DNA of 61,808 bases, filler included, from Stramenopiles sp. TOSAG23-2 (taxonomy: Eukaryota): the NCBI GenBank assembly GCA_900128395.1. It is 6 parts of 6 records of this genome, joined end to end, with 100 filler letters (N's around TTAATTAATTAA, not from the genome) between each part and the next. Parts side by side here need not be neighbours in the genome. Positions count along the whole stretch, not along the records: positions 20,779 to 31,014 come from LT650036.1; positions 31,115 to 41,297 come from LT650037.1; 4 more parts are not named here. The stretch is one strand, 5' to 3'. The notes beneath the pieces are model-generated. The model worked only from the letters and a program-made list of their open reading frames with translations. It did no database searches and was not told the DNA's origin. Below, in pieces: positions 23,758 through 34,865 of this stretch (position 1 is the stretch's first letter; each line of letters begins with the position of its first letter). A program made the translations under genes and the position numbers.

Positions 23758-24914
23758 GTAAAATTAACCCATTGTTTTTAAAGTACGAAGAAAATGGTTT
23801 GGGAGAGGATGTTGCGAAAAAATTGCGAGATATTTCCATAAGAGCTGGTCAATCAGGCGCTAACTATGTTGACAGTGTGAAAAACTTAGAAATTGAACAC
23901 CAACCATCATGGGATTACCTTGGTCGATTAGATCCAAAAGGCGAGGAACAAGTCAAAGGAGGTACTAGAATAGCATCTAATTTAAGATGGGTGGAGAAAA
24001 ATGGCATGTTTAAATGGAAATTTGATGCAACTGTGAAACGATCTGTAAACGATGATCAATTCGTACTGGTTGATCCATTGGATGCACCATTGTATTCATA
24101 TGAAATACCCGTTTTGACCAAATTGTTGATATTGCTAAGTAAAAAGATTAATAAATGGATGAAATATGATTATGATGCGAAAAAAGATTATATAGATCAT
24201 AATGGTAATTGGAATAATGATGGATTAATTGATTGGGGTCCACTTAAAACCGATAATACCAGTGATAATAAACCCAAAAATAAAGAAAATACATTAAACA
24301 ATGGTGATGAGGATGACAAAGTTAATCGTGAACACAAATCTACTGATATTGTTGATATGCATGACAGCCAGACTTCAAATAATGCATCGGCAAAAGCAGA
24401 TGAACCATGGGATGGAAAATTACCAGATAGCTCATTTTATTACCTTGCTTTGTATGGGAAAAGTTTATTAGGTGTTAAAGAAAAATTGACTTTTGGAAAT
24501 GTGCAAGAAAGAATAAATCGATTGGAGCGTATGAATCATGAAATTTTTTTGCTACCAGGTCATCCACCTAAACCATATAATGCGAAAGAGCAAAAACAGG
24601 AAGCAAATTCTAAAGATGATGATAAGAAAAAGAAAAATTCGAAAAAAAAGAAAGTAAAAGGTAGTGCGTTTTGTGCTGCGTATCGCAAATATCCAAGATA
24701 TAAATTTAGAGTTAACTTGCGTTTCCTTGCTGATTATCGATTGTATTTAGGATTGTTTACAATTTACGTTATGATGTATTATTTTCTGTTTCCAATGTAT
24801 AATTTTTTGACAGGTGGGGATGAAGAATTGCATCATCAACGTAAGCGATCACAGAAAGGTCTTGGATATGAGAAGAGAGATGGCGTAGAAGGACAACAGC
24901 GCGAGGATATGTGA
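21558..24914 (+). CDS. SMPD4: Sphingomyelin phosphodiesterase 4 (SMPD4/nSMase3)-like protein with C-terminal transmembrane helix
   Basis: Ordered motifs DIWLLILMPW, KWIPYILANYPFYSVLFEKFL, DPLDAPLYSYEIPVLTKLLILLSKKIN and VNLRFLADYR plus a TM helix match those I recall for SMPD4. ATG 21558 is preferred over the track's TTG start. Confidence 0.72.
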
Positions 24915-25137
24915 GTTTGTGAGTTTAAAAGATTTTATAATATATATTTTTTTTTTATTTTCCATGTCGTACTGTCCAGTCGGCGTACTACCATCCCTGA
25001 TTTTTTTGTATTGTTCTATTGTTGTGCATCATAATGCATTAAATAATAATAATATTACTAATATTTAAATACTCATTATCTACATATCTATACAAAATAC
25101 AATGCAATTTAAAAAACGACCTTTCAACCAGACAACG

Positions 25138-27429
25138 ATGAAGATATTCTTGACAATAATAAGTTTCTTAAGCATTACCATCGTCCATACAGTGATTGCA
25201 TCAACTTTACCTGATGATAAATTATGGTTAAGATACGAAAATATCCAAACAATTTATAACCCTAGTAAATATGAAAATTACAAGAATTTTTTTTCAAGTC
25301 ATAAGAATATTTACTGTGCAACAGATGACAAATATTCGCCTGTGTATTCAGCATGTAAAGAATTATCAAATGGATTGTCCATTTTGTTTGATATAAATAT
25401 GTCAATTATTACCAATAATAATAAAACACCCGCCACTGCTTCAATTGTAATAGAATCTTTAGTTGATGAATATAGTTTATTGAACATTTCAACCAAATTA
25501 TCTGACGAAGAATTTTCAATTTCATATGGCAATCACCATATTGAAGTTGCTGCTGATAAATTATCAATTGTTTCCAATACTGGCCGTGGTGTGTTATACG
25601 GTGTTTTTCACTTATTAAATTTATTGCAACGGGATGCGGATGAGTTGCCAGCCAAAATAATAGATATAAACATTAAAGAACAACCTAAAAGTCGTATTCG
25701 AATTTGGGAGCTATGGGATAACATGGATGGCACTATTGAAAGAGGTTATGGAGGAAGATCCATTTTTCATTGGGAGGAACTACCGAATATTGTAAGACCA
25801 CGTTATGAAGATTATGCTAGATATTTAGCAAGTGTTGGTATTAATTCAATATCACTAACCAATGTTAACTCGTGTTTCACAATGAATCAACAATTATTAA
25901 ATATAACAAATATAAATAAAGCTGCTGTTCTAGGAAAATTATTTGCATCATATGGAATTGCTACATTTTTAACGCCTTGTTTTGATTCCCCTATGTTGGT
26001 AGGTAATTTAAATACATCTGATCCATTTGATCCTCGTGTAATTCAATGGTGGAAAGAAATAGTTATCAAACTTCAAAATGCATTTCAATCATCACGTGTC
26101 ACAACAACAAATAATAAAAAGAATGCTTCTATTATTATGAATAGCGGTTTTATTGGTTTTTTATTCAAAGCTGATTCGGAAGGAATGCCTGGTCCTAGTT
26201 CGTACAATCGAACAGAACCTGAAGGATCATCAATGTTGGCGAATGCAGTAAAAGATATTGGTGGTATTATAATTTGGAGAGCATTTACACATCCAGGAAA
26301 TTTAGGACCTATTAAAATTGGGGATCAACCACTTATGCAATTTAAATATTTCATGGAGTTAGATGGTTTGTGGGATGAAAATGTTGTCCTTCAAATAAAA
26401 AATGGGCCGATGGATTTTCAAACTCATGAACCTGTCCATTCACTTTTTGGAAATTTGAAGAATACCAAAGTAATGATAGAGCTAGGTGTTACACAAGAAT
26501 ATACTGGACAAGCATATCATTTATGTCATTTACCAGTACAATGGGAAAATTATTTAACGTTTAATACTGGGTGTACTTCGGATGGTATTAATAATTACAA
26601 CGACGGTGGAAAGATGTTGTTATTGGCAGATGTATTAACTAAAGGTAAGAACGGATGGGGATTTGCAGGCGTTAGCAATTTTGGGGAAACTGTGATGTGG
26701 ACTGGAAATTTATTATCATCATCAAATTCATTTGGATATGGACGAATGGCTTGGAATCCATATACATCTGCAAAAGATATAACAAAAGAATGGGTTGAAT
26801 TAACGTTTGGAATTGATATGCAAATAACAAAACCAATAGTTAATATGATGATGGATAGTTGGTATATTTATGAGAATTACACATCTCCTTTTGGATTAAG
26901 CGCAATTGATGATAATTGCGCTGATCGTAAACAATGTTTTAAACTACCAAATGGGATGTTGGAAGATCGAGTCGATCATTATTGGTGGGCTGGATGGCTA
27001 TGGGCTGGAGTGGGGAAACCGCCAAATGCTGGCTATGGCGGTGGGTTTAATTTATCTCGTAATAATCGTATGGTTGGAAACAATCGTTCATTGGAATATG
27101 GACAAACATATTGTGGCAAAGAAAATAAAGAAATATTTGGTAATATTAAGCAAACGCCGTTGCGTCTATTATTAACATTTCATCATGTATCCTACGATTA
27201 TGTATTGGATGATGGAAGAACGTTAATGGATAATATAATGTTAGCATTTCAATTAGGACAAGAAAATGCGGAAAATAAAATATTAAATGTATGGAATACG
27301 TTGAAAACAATATTTATAAATAACAATGATCAAGAAAGATGGGAAAATGTTTATAATAAATTAAATATTGGTATTGGTGCAGATACTAAAAATTTTACAA
27401 GATCAGCATTAAATTATTTTACAGATTAG
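25138..27429 (+). CDS. aguA: Secreted alpha-glucuronidase, glycoside hydrolase family 67
   Basis: Signal peptide MKIFLTIISFLSITIVHTVIA; WDNMDGTIERGYGGRSIF, YARYLASVGIN, KADSEGMPGP, IKNGPMDFQ and TQEYTGQ. An alternative ATG lies at 25102. Confidence 0.92.
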   Translation: MKIFLTIISFLSITIVHTVIASTLPDDKLWLRYENIQTIYNPSKYENYKNFFSSHKNIYCATDDKYSPVYSACKELSNGLSILFDINMSIITNNNKTPATASIVIESLVDEYSLLNISTKLSDEEFSISYGNHHIEVAADKLSIVSNTGRGVLYGVFHLLNLLQRDADELPAKIIDINIKEQPKSRIRIWELWDNMDGTIERGYGGRSIFHWEELPNIVRPRYEDYARYLASVGINSISLTNVNSCFTMNQQLLNITNINKAAVLGKLFASYGIATFLTPCFDSPMLVGNLNTSDPFDPRVIQWWKEIVIKLQNAFQSSRVTTTNNKKNASIIMNSGFIGFLFKADSEGMPGPSSYNRTEPEGSSMLANAVKDIGGIIIWRAFTHPGNLGPIKIGDQPLMQFKYFMELDGLWDENVVLQIKNGPMDFQTHEPVHSLFGNLKNTKVMIELGVTQEYTGQAYHLCHLPVQWENYLTFNTGCTSDGINNYNDGGKMLLLADVLTKGKNGWGFAGVSNFGETVMWTGNLLSSSNSFGYGRMAWNPYTSAKDITKEWVELTFGIDMQITKPIVNMMMDSWYIYENYTSPFGLSAIDDNCADRKQCFKLPNGMLEDRVDHYWWAGWLWAGVGKPPNAGYGGGFNLSRNNRMVGNNRSLEYGQTYCGKENKEIFGNIKQTPLRLLLTFHHVSYDYVLDDGRTLMDNIMLAFQLGQENAENKILNVWNTLKTIFINNNDQERWENVYNKLNIGIGADTKNFTRSALNYFTD

Positions 27430-27550
27430 CATGTTGAATTATATTTATAGAGTGTTAAATATTATATATATATATATATAACGCGCGTTTTACAATATAT
27501 GTACATTTTCATATTTTTACACCCATTCTAATAAAATTTTACTTTTTATA

Positions 27551-27985
27551 TTATTCCTTCTTGCTACCTCCATCACCATTATTATTATTATTATTATTAT
27601 CATTCTTATTGTTATTTTTATATGTGTCATACATGAGTGAAGCAAATACTTTGAACTCAACAACTGCAAGAACAAATTGAATAGCATGTGCTGTAAATGA
27701 ATCAGGATTTTGTTCTTCTACTAAACGAAAGTCACTAAATATTTCACGTTTCGAGTAACCTGTTTGACCCATGTAATCTTCTAATTTTTCTTCAAACAGT
27801 TCCAAAAATCTTTGATAAGTATCTGTTTGTTTTAAGCTATATTCACCCAGGTTTTCATCATATTCTTCAAATACATAGCATTCATCAACCATGAATTTCT
27901 CCATGGTTGAGTTCCACTCTCTATCATTACAATATTCTAATAATTGTTCAACTCGTTCCTCCGGCGTCGATGCTTTACCTGCCAT
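27551..27985 (-). CDS. BART (ARL2-binding) domain protein, CFAP36/ARL2BP-like
   Basis: W..TMEKFMVDECYVF....GEYSLKQTDTYQRFLELFEEKLEDYM...EFKVFASLM pattern. Confidence 0.8.
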   Translation of the reverse strand: MAGKASTPEERVEQLLEYCNDREWNSTMEKFMVDECYVFEEYDENLGEYSLKQTDTYQRFLELFEEKLEDYMGQTGYSKREIFSDFRLVEEQNPDSFTAHAIQFVLAVVEFKVFASLMYDTYKNNNKNDNNNNNNNGDGGSKKE

Positions 27986-28652
27986 CGTTTGTATTTACAA
28001 TAATCTATGTTGTTTTCGTTACTTTTGTTTCTATTTATTTTACATAAATATATCATCCAGAAAAATTAAATGATAATATTATACAGTACATATATAAGCT
28101 CTTTCTATAATAGATCGATTTTTATTACGGCACAAAAGGAGGGGTTGTTGTTGCGGGGTTCTTTTTTTTTTATTATTTTTTTTTTATGAAAAAAAACAGA
28201 TTTTGATAGGCATGAATTTTTATAGTCTAATTTAAAAACAATACTGTATATATAGTATATGTCATGAAAATGTCATTATGAATATAGAATACTAATATTT
28301 GTACTAAAATACATGCTTTGATGGATAAATTACCTATGATATCATAGACGTAGTACTTAGGAAATAGATGTCGCCGTTCACAACAACACAAATTTAATAA
28401 TAAAAAATCATCACCATTAAAACAAACTAAAAATATTAATGATGAGAACAGATCAGAGATGAAACACTATAATAACATACAGAACTGAGAGATTTCAAAA
28501 CAAGAGATATAATCTATATATGTGTATATATATTATGTATAGATCATTGTATCCCATATTAATATATATATGTTTAATACAGAATAGAATTTTCAAAATG
28601 ATGCGTTTTCTCTCATAATTCGTCTCCACCATATCCATATATTATATATAAT

Positions 28653-29270
28653 TTATCGTTCACGTTTTTCTTTACGTAATTCTGCACCTGTTTTCTTTTT
28701 AATTTTTTCATATCTTTTTTTTTTCTTTTCATCTTTTTGTTGATCTTGAAAACCTTTTAACATTTTAGCAAATGGGTTATTGCCCGCGCCACTATCAAAT
28801 GGTCGCTTGACATCATCTTTACCAAATAGATAAATTTTTGCTAATGGAGATTTGAATAACGTCATCGGTTGTAATACACTTTGTACACATAATGGAGCTA
28901 TTATTGCCCATTTGTAATGTATAAAGGAGACAATACATACACCCATAATTAATTGCGTCAATTTTTTTTTCATTTCACTCATATCATATGCTTTGTTTGT
29001 TTTGTATATTTCTTCTTTTCCTGTTTGTGGATTGTTTACTTTGATTTCTTTTTCATCTTCGTCTTTGTCTTTCTTCCCATTTATCAAAAGGTATATGTAT
29101 AAATTCAAAATTACCATGACACAGATACTACTTGCAAATAACATTCTAACATATAAAACATGTTGTGGATTTTTATCGTCAACATAATTACGGCTTAAAT
29201 ATGCGGCCGAGATTACAACAGCTGGTTGCATTAAATCAGGCATTTGTGGTGGTTGTTCTTCTTGAGACAT
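28653..29270 (-). CDS. PHO88: Pho88/SND3 family ER membrane protein
   Basis: YD..E.KK..QLIMGVCIVSFIHYKW...PLCVQSV.....FKSPLAKIYLFGK....RPF is the Pho88 family signature. Confidence 0.85.
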   Translation of the reverse strand: MSQEEQPPQMPDLMQPAVVISAAYLSRNYVDDKNPQHVLYVRMLFASSICVMVILNLYIYLLINGKKDKDEDEKEIKVNNPQTGKEEIYKTNKAYDMSEMKKKLTQLIMGVCIVSFIHYKWAIIAPLCVQSVLQPMTLFKSPLAKIYLFGKDDVKRPFDSGAGNNPFAKMLKGFQDQQKDEKKKKRYEKIKKKTGAELRKEKRER

Positions 29271-29656
29271 TATTAAAAAGTTTTCTTATAAAATAATAAA
29301 TATATATATATATATATATATTTCATACACGCACACACCAATTATATAAATATAACTAATATATATGTATCTATCGTATAGATCTGCTCCCTTTTAGTCG
29401 TCATCTATGTCTATATATATTTCTTTGTTTTTTTTTTTCTCTTTCATTCATTCTACTAATGGTGAAGGGCGGCTGGGCCATCTGTTTATTCTAGTACTGT
29501 GTGCCTGCTATTATATTTTATGAATGAAGATTATTATTTTACTACAGAAGGTGCGTTGAATCATTTATGTTGCTTTTATGCAGAAAAGAAAATCCAAATT
29601 TTACTAGAGATATTTATTATTAATACAGTATTAATTACAAAATAATATTACATATT

Positions 29657-30748
29657 TTATACACTGCAATCATCGTTCCAACAACCGAAGTATCCACCAG
29701 CAATTCCCATTTGTACTGGATATGTACTACGTGCAACACGGAAATAACCACCTTCGCCAAATGTCGTGTTCCATGAATTTTTAACAATCCAATAATCAAT
29801 TCCACTTGCTGCATCGGTATCAGCACCAACAATTGTCACAGCATGATCAACTTGTGTTGTTGTACAATTACTAACAATGCCGCCAAGATAACCATGTAAA
29901 CAACTTGCATCAATGCCGATTTGACATGGGCCGTACTTTTCAAGTGCTCGAAGCATATTTGTACTATCACCACCTTCACCAATAGGAACGAAATCTGATG
30001 ATCCAATTTTTGCATTTGATAATGGCTCACCTTCTTTAAACAACCATGGTGGTGTACCATCTCTTCTTTCAACACCAGGGCAAGGTGGGCATGGGCCATA
30101 AGGAGGATTACTTGGCAAAGTGCAATTTGGTGTATATCCGTCGCGCGTGCCATCTGGTGCTAATTCTTCCTCTCGAAAAAAATTGCAAGTTCTGTTGTAT
30201 TGATATTCCTCTTCAACTTGAATTTTACCATTTGTAAATTTAATCATCCAATCCCAATTGACATCAGCATTTTGACCACAGTTCTTTGCCGGTACACCTG
30301 ATACAACAAATTGCTCCGATAACTTTTGTAATGGCTTTTTGCCTTGGACAACCATGACACCTTCAGTTGCAGCAACTAAACTAAATGCCCAACATGTGCC
30401 AAAAGGATGTTGTTGTTGAACTGGAGTGACAGCTCCTTGTTTTCTCCAATCAATGGAAATAGAATTCATATCTCTGATAGCAAAATTAGTCTCTTTTTTA
30501 TTTAAAAAATCAATAATTTTCGATGGTTTAGCTTTCTTATCACTAGACGGAGAATGTAAGCAACCGCGTGCTTTGATATCTTTTAATGATAAATGCGAAT
30601 CTTGATTGATACCAAATTTAGCATATTTCTCTTGTTCATTTCGACTCTCATAATATTGTATGTTTGATGGATGAACTACATATTTTGTTGATGAAGTTGC
30701 AACATGAACAGCTAATAACAATACTACTACCAATAAAATTTTATTCAT
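29657..30748 (-). CDS. Papain-family (C1A) cysteine protease, divergent, secreted or lysosomal
   Basis: Signal peptide; [24 protein letters not shown] (Cys), DHAVTIVG (His), YWIVKNSW (Asn) and GEGGYFRV. Confidence 0.92.
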   Translation of the reverse strand: MNKILLVVVLLLAVHVATSSTKYVVHPSNIQYYESRNEQEKYAKFGINQDSHLSLKDIKARGCLHSPSSDKKAKPSKIIDFLNKKETNFAIRDMNSISIDWRKQGAVTPVQQQHPFGTCWAFSLVAATEGVMVVQGKKPLQKLSEQFVVSGVPAKNCGQNADVNWDWMIKFTNGKIQVEEEYQYNRTCNFFREEELAPDGTRDGYTPNCTLPSNPPYGPCPPCPGVERRDGTPPWLFKEGEPLSNAKIGSSDFVPIGEGGDSTNMLRALEKYGPCQIGIDASCLHGYLGGIVSNCTTTQVDHAVTIVGADTDAASGIDYWIVKNSWNTTFGEGGYFRVARSTYPVQMGIAGGYFGCWNDDCSV

Positions 30749-31014
30749 TATTTTTTTTGTTTCTTCTTTTTTTTTTTATGATGATGATGATGAAAAACTA
30801 TTTCAGTTTTGATTCTTTTTATATATGCGTATTATAATATACTATATATAAGGAATGCCATAAAATAATAATGTCCTTTATATATGTTTATATAATACTA
30901 TATATAATATTTCCAGACGACGAGTCATCTATATATCTTGTTTTTTTGAATTGTATTATTTGTTTGTATCCTTCGTCGTTTTTGGTGCTTTGTGCATTAT
31001 TTGGCACTATTACT

Positions 31015-31114
31015 NNNNNNNNNNNNNNNNNNNNNNNNNNNNNNNNNNNNNNNNNNNNTTAATTAATTAANNNNNNNNNNNNNNNNNNNNNNNNNNNNNN
31101 NNNNNNNNNNNNNN
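31015..31114. other. Artificial contig-joining spacer
   Basis: N44-TTAATTAATTAA-N44. Confidence 0.98.
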
Positions 31115-31802
31115 AGGCGAGGAACATTTAAACAGTAACAACAATAACAACGGCGATACATACAATATAAATGGTTATGGTAATGTGCATCACAATTTGT
31201 TCGCCGCACAACAAAATGAAGTAGAAAATCAATATACTGATGTAAATCGAAACTATCATATTCGTAATAATAATAATGATTATAACAATTTGGTAGTAGA
31301 TACCTATCATCAGAACATCAATAATAATAATATCTTGGAATATGAAAAACAATTATCACCCCAATTTCAACCAAGAAGTTACAATGATTATTACAACGAG
31401 CAGAATTATGTGTACCAACCAATATCATTACCACCGCCCCCAAATACAGAAATTACGCTGAAAAATGAAAATGATATTACAGTAGCCAATAAAACAGAAT
31501 TAGATTGGGAATATGTTCAGCGTAAAACAAAATTTTTAACGGATCGAGCAAAAGAAAAATCAGATCAATTAGAAACAAAATTAAAATTATTAGAGTTCCA
31601 GAACAAAAAATTATTAGGTCTTGTGCCAAGTGATCAAATGATGCCGAAGGAAGACGATAATGGAAAGGTAGTGAAACGTACAAGAAGCGAGAAAAAATCT
31701 TTAAAAGGTCATTATAGAAGAATGTCCAAAGCTGCTGTAATTCAAACCACTCAAAGTGGCGAAGATCATGTGAGTACGATGGGTACCGCAAAAAGAATGT
31801 AA
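31115..31802 (+). CDS. 3' part of a hypothetical Asn/Gln-rich protein whose 5' part is the minus-strand ORF 31935..33035
   Basis: Open from the contig edge and begins GEEHLNSNNNNNGDTYNI, identical to the end of the minus-strand ORF. Confidence 0.7.
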
Positions 31803-31931
31803 AGATTTTTTATTTATACTGAGATGCATTAATATAATAATATATATATTTATACTCGTATAGATATAATGATGGTTAAATAATATATTTAATGATATAT
31901 ATAATATATGTGTTTTTCTCTTACTCATATG

Positions 31932-33035
31932 TTATATATTGTATGTATCGCCGTTGTTATTGTTGTTACTGTTTAAATGTTCCTCGCCTTGACTTGATTT
32001 ATAATAGTCATCTTGTACATTTTGTTGTTGAATTGGTAGTTTAAATTCTTGCTGCTGCGGCTCCTGCTGATTCTGATATATTTCATTATTTGGTAACTTA
32101 AATGTCCTTCTTGAATAACTTTGATTTTGCTCAAGGATATGAGCTTCTTGTTGTTTTATTAAATTCTCTTCAAATTCCCTTTGTTGCAATTGATGTTGAT
32201 ATTGGTAGCTATTGTCATCGTTGTAGATATCGCTGTATACATTCTTTGCATTTGTTCCAGTAGCAGGAGTAAAAGATTTTTTTCGTACAATAGGAACTGC
32301 CCCGACCGGTATCCTTTTTTTCCTTTCATCTATATTTGCAACGGCTTGCCTTGATAACGATGAATACGTCGGAGGCGATTCTGTTGATGAAGAATTTGTA
32401 GTTGAGGGTGAGGATGATGTGATCGCTGTGGGTTTTTGTGGTTTTTGATTTCCTAATGCTGTTTTTTTTATTTGATTTTTATTCTTACTATGTATACTAC
32501 TATATCCATAACTATTATTTTTCGATCGACGCTGTAGTTGTTGCTGTTGCTGATTCCCCTGTTGTTGTTGTTGTTGTTTTTGCGACTTTCCCTTTTTCTT
32601 CATGCGAGTTTGGTAGCTCAAAGTTGGTGATTTTGGCATTGTGGATTTCCTAGTCCATTTTTTTCCAGGTACATGTACTCGATGCTTTTCTTTTTCTTTT
32701 TCTCTCGCACGGTTTAATCTTTCTCGATGTTTTTGTAACGCATCACTTTCAGTTGGTTTATGAACTGGTCTGAAATTTTTAGCTTTTGCATATTTAGTTG
32801 GTGTAAATGAAGGTGTTTCTGCCTTTGCGATTTTCTTTTTCAAGCTATTTTTTTTCTGTTCATTACGTTGTTGCCAATTATATAGACGGTTCACATGGTC
32901 GTTATTAATAGTATTTCTATTACTGATATTATTTCTGCTGCGTTGATTTGTATTATTGACAACATCGTTATTTCTTTTATTATATTGAAATTGTTTTCTA
33001 TTGTCATATCTTGTGTATGCAGAAAATGAGGCCAT
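31932..33035 (-). CDS. 5' part of a hypothetical basic, low-complexity protein, truncated by a fold-back inversion
   Basis: ATG at 33035 (MASFSAY). Motifs RLYNWQ, PSFTP and STMPKSPTL. Its last 55 nt are an inverted repeat of 31115-31169. Confidence 0.7.
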   Translation of the reverse strand: MASFSAYTRYDNRKQFQYNKRNNDVVNNTNQRSRNNISNRNTINNDHVNRLYNWQQRNEQKKNSLKKKIAKAETPSFTPTKYAKAKNFRPVHKPTESDALQKHRERLNRAREKEKEKHRVHVPGKKWTRKSTMPKSPTLSYQTRMKKKGKSQKQQQQQQGNQQQQQLQRRSKNNSYGYSSIHSKNKNQIKKTALGNQKPQKPTAITSSSPSTTNSSSTESPPTYSSLSRQAVANIDERKKRIPVGAVPIVRKKSFTPATGTNAKNVYSDIYNDDNSYQYQHQLQQREFEENLIKQQEAHILEQNQSYSRRTFKLPNNEIYQNQQEPQQQEFKLPIQQQNVQDDYYKSSQGEEHLNSNNNNNGDTYNI

Positions 33036-33548
33036 GCTGAATGGTTTTTTATTTATTGTTTGTATAATTTCTGATATATATATAACTGTTAAATACAAAT
33101 ATACACAAAGTACTTTATTTTCTTATTATTTACATTTTAATAAAACACGTGCTATAAATATAATATATATTTAAATATGTATGTATAATAATTCTAATAA
33201 TTCTAATAATAAATCCTAACGTTTCTTATGGCCACCATAATACACATAATAGCTTATTCACATCACGCGATCTAGATCACAACCAGCTCCAAATTTAAGG
33301 TGTTGTAGCAGGGAAATATTATACACCCAAAAAGACACACAGCTTTGGAAACAACAGCCGTTATCGATCTCTCTGCTCTTCTTAATTATTTACTAGTATT
33401 TATGGTATTAATAATATGTTAGACGACTATTACAGTATATATATTACATATACTTCCATTATTAACAACTCATTATTCATTATCTAATATACATCGAAAC
33501 ATATAAAATATCAAAATATTATTCTTAAAATTGAGAACGCAATTAAAT

Positions 33549-34577
33549 ATGTATGATCCACGTGTTGAAAATGATGAGAATAATACTCGTCGTAATGCTA
33601 AGAGCAACAATAATATTAAGAAGAAAGTACAACCTAGTCGGCCAAAATCGAGTAATAATAAACGAAATGGTAGAAGAATGAAACGCCCACAATCGGGTAA
33701 ACCAAGAGCGCGAGTTCGATTTTCGATGGATCTGGACTCAGACTTAAATGGTAAAAAGAGGCGACCACGTAGTGCTGGCCAACAACGACGAGCTAGAGCT
33801 GGTGCGGAAAAACCATCACCGTATGCAAACAATTCAATATTAAAGCAAAAACATCCTGATCTATTACGTTATGCAAAATACAGTGAAAAGTCTACTGTAC
33901 CAAAGCCAGTTCGTTCCTCGTCATCAATGATCAATAAAAAGGGTTTGAATCATAAAGTTTCAAATATTCAAAATAATACTAACGATGCTGTGCCAAATAG
34001 TCCTCGTATGACTGATCGAAACGGTATGTCTCTTAAAAATGCTACAGAAGCATATTGTCGTGAACTTGAAAAACGAGTTAGTCGGCAAATAACTATTTTA
34101 GCACATAATAGGAAAGAAGTTAAAACAACGAAACAAAAATTAAAAGAGGTTAAAGATAAAAATAGAAAATTAATGCGCAGATCAGCTGCTACAATCGCAG
34201 ATTTGAAAAAGCGTTTGCAAATAGCAGAGAAAAGGCCTTCACCACATTTAGTACGAATGAGGAAAGAGCGTGATACTGTTTTAATTGAATTAAAGCGTTT
34301 GACATTATTAAATGATCAACTTAAAAATGAGAAGGAAAAAATGGAGCAAGATTTTGAAATTGAAAGAGAATATTTTAGAGAAGAAATAGAAGCATTGCGC
34401 CAAAATCAAACAAATAGTAAACTCAAATCTAGTACTGTTGATATAAATAATAAAAAAGAAAATGGTACATCTGATGCTATAAAATTAAAATCATATAGAA
34501 ATTCAACATCAAGTGGTGCTGGTGGAAATATTAATGTTTCTTCACCAAATTCGTGGAAAGCTTTTCATAAAATATAA
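33549..34577 (+). CDS. Hypothetical protein with a basic disordered N-terminus (RPxS repeats) and a coiled coil
   Basis: Long ORF (~340 aa) in AT-rich DNA, with a heptad-rich central region. Confidence 0.7.
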   Translation: MYDPRVENDENNTRRNAKSNNNIKKKVQPSRPKSSNNKRNGRRMKRPQSGKPRARVRFSMDLDSDLNGKKRRPRSAGQQRRARAGAEKPSPYANNSILKQKHPDLLRYAKYSEKSTVPKPVRSSSSMINKKGLNHKVSNIQNNTNDAVPNSPRMTDRNGMSLKNATEAYCRELEKRVSRQITILAHNRKEVKTTKQKLKEVKDKNRKLMRRSAATIADLKKRLQIAEKRPSPHLVRMRKERDTVLIELKRLTLLNDQLKNEKEKMEQDFEIEREYFREEIEALRQNQTNSKLKSSTVDINNKKENGTSDAIKLKSYRNSTSSGAGGNINVSSPNSWKAFHKI

Positions 34578-34865
34578 AAAATAATTATATTATAATGATT
34601 TTATAAAAAAATACGCGTTTTGTACATTTATTTTTATATATCATAATGATATCATATTTAAAATATTAGTCTATCATACGAATCCTCGTATATGACATAA
34701 TAAAACAATATGAAGAAAGGCATGTGCATCGTACATGTACGAACTGGTACGAATACTTTATGTACGCAATAATATCTACGTCGTACGAATCTCACGCTTA
34801 ATTATAAATATATGATACAATACACCATATATACACCACACACACACACACACACATCATAGACA

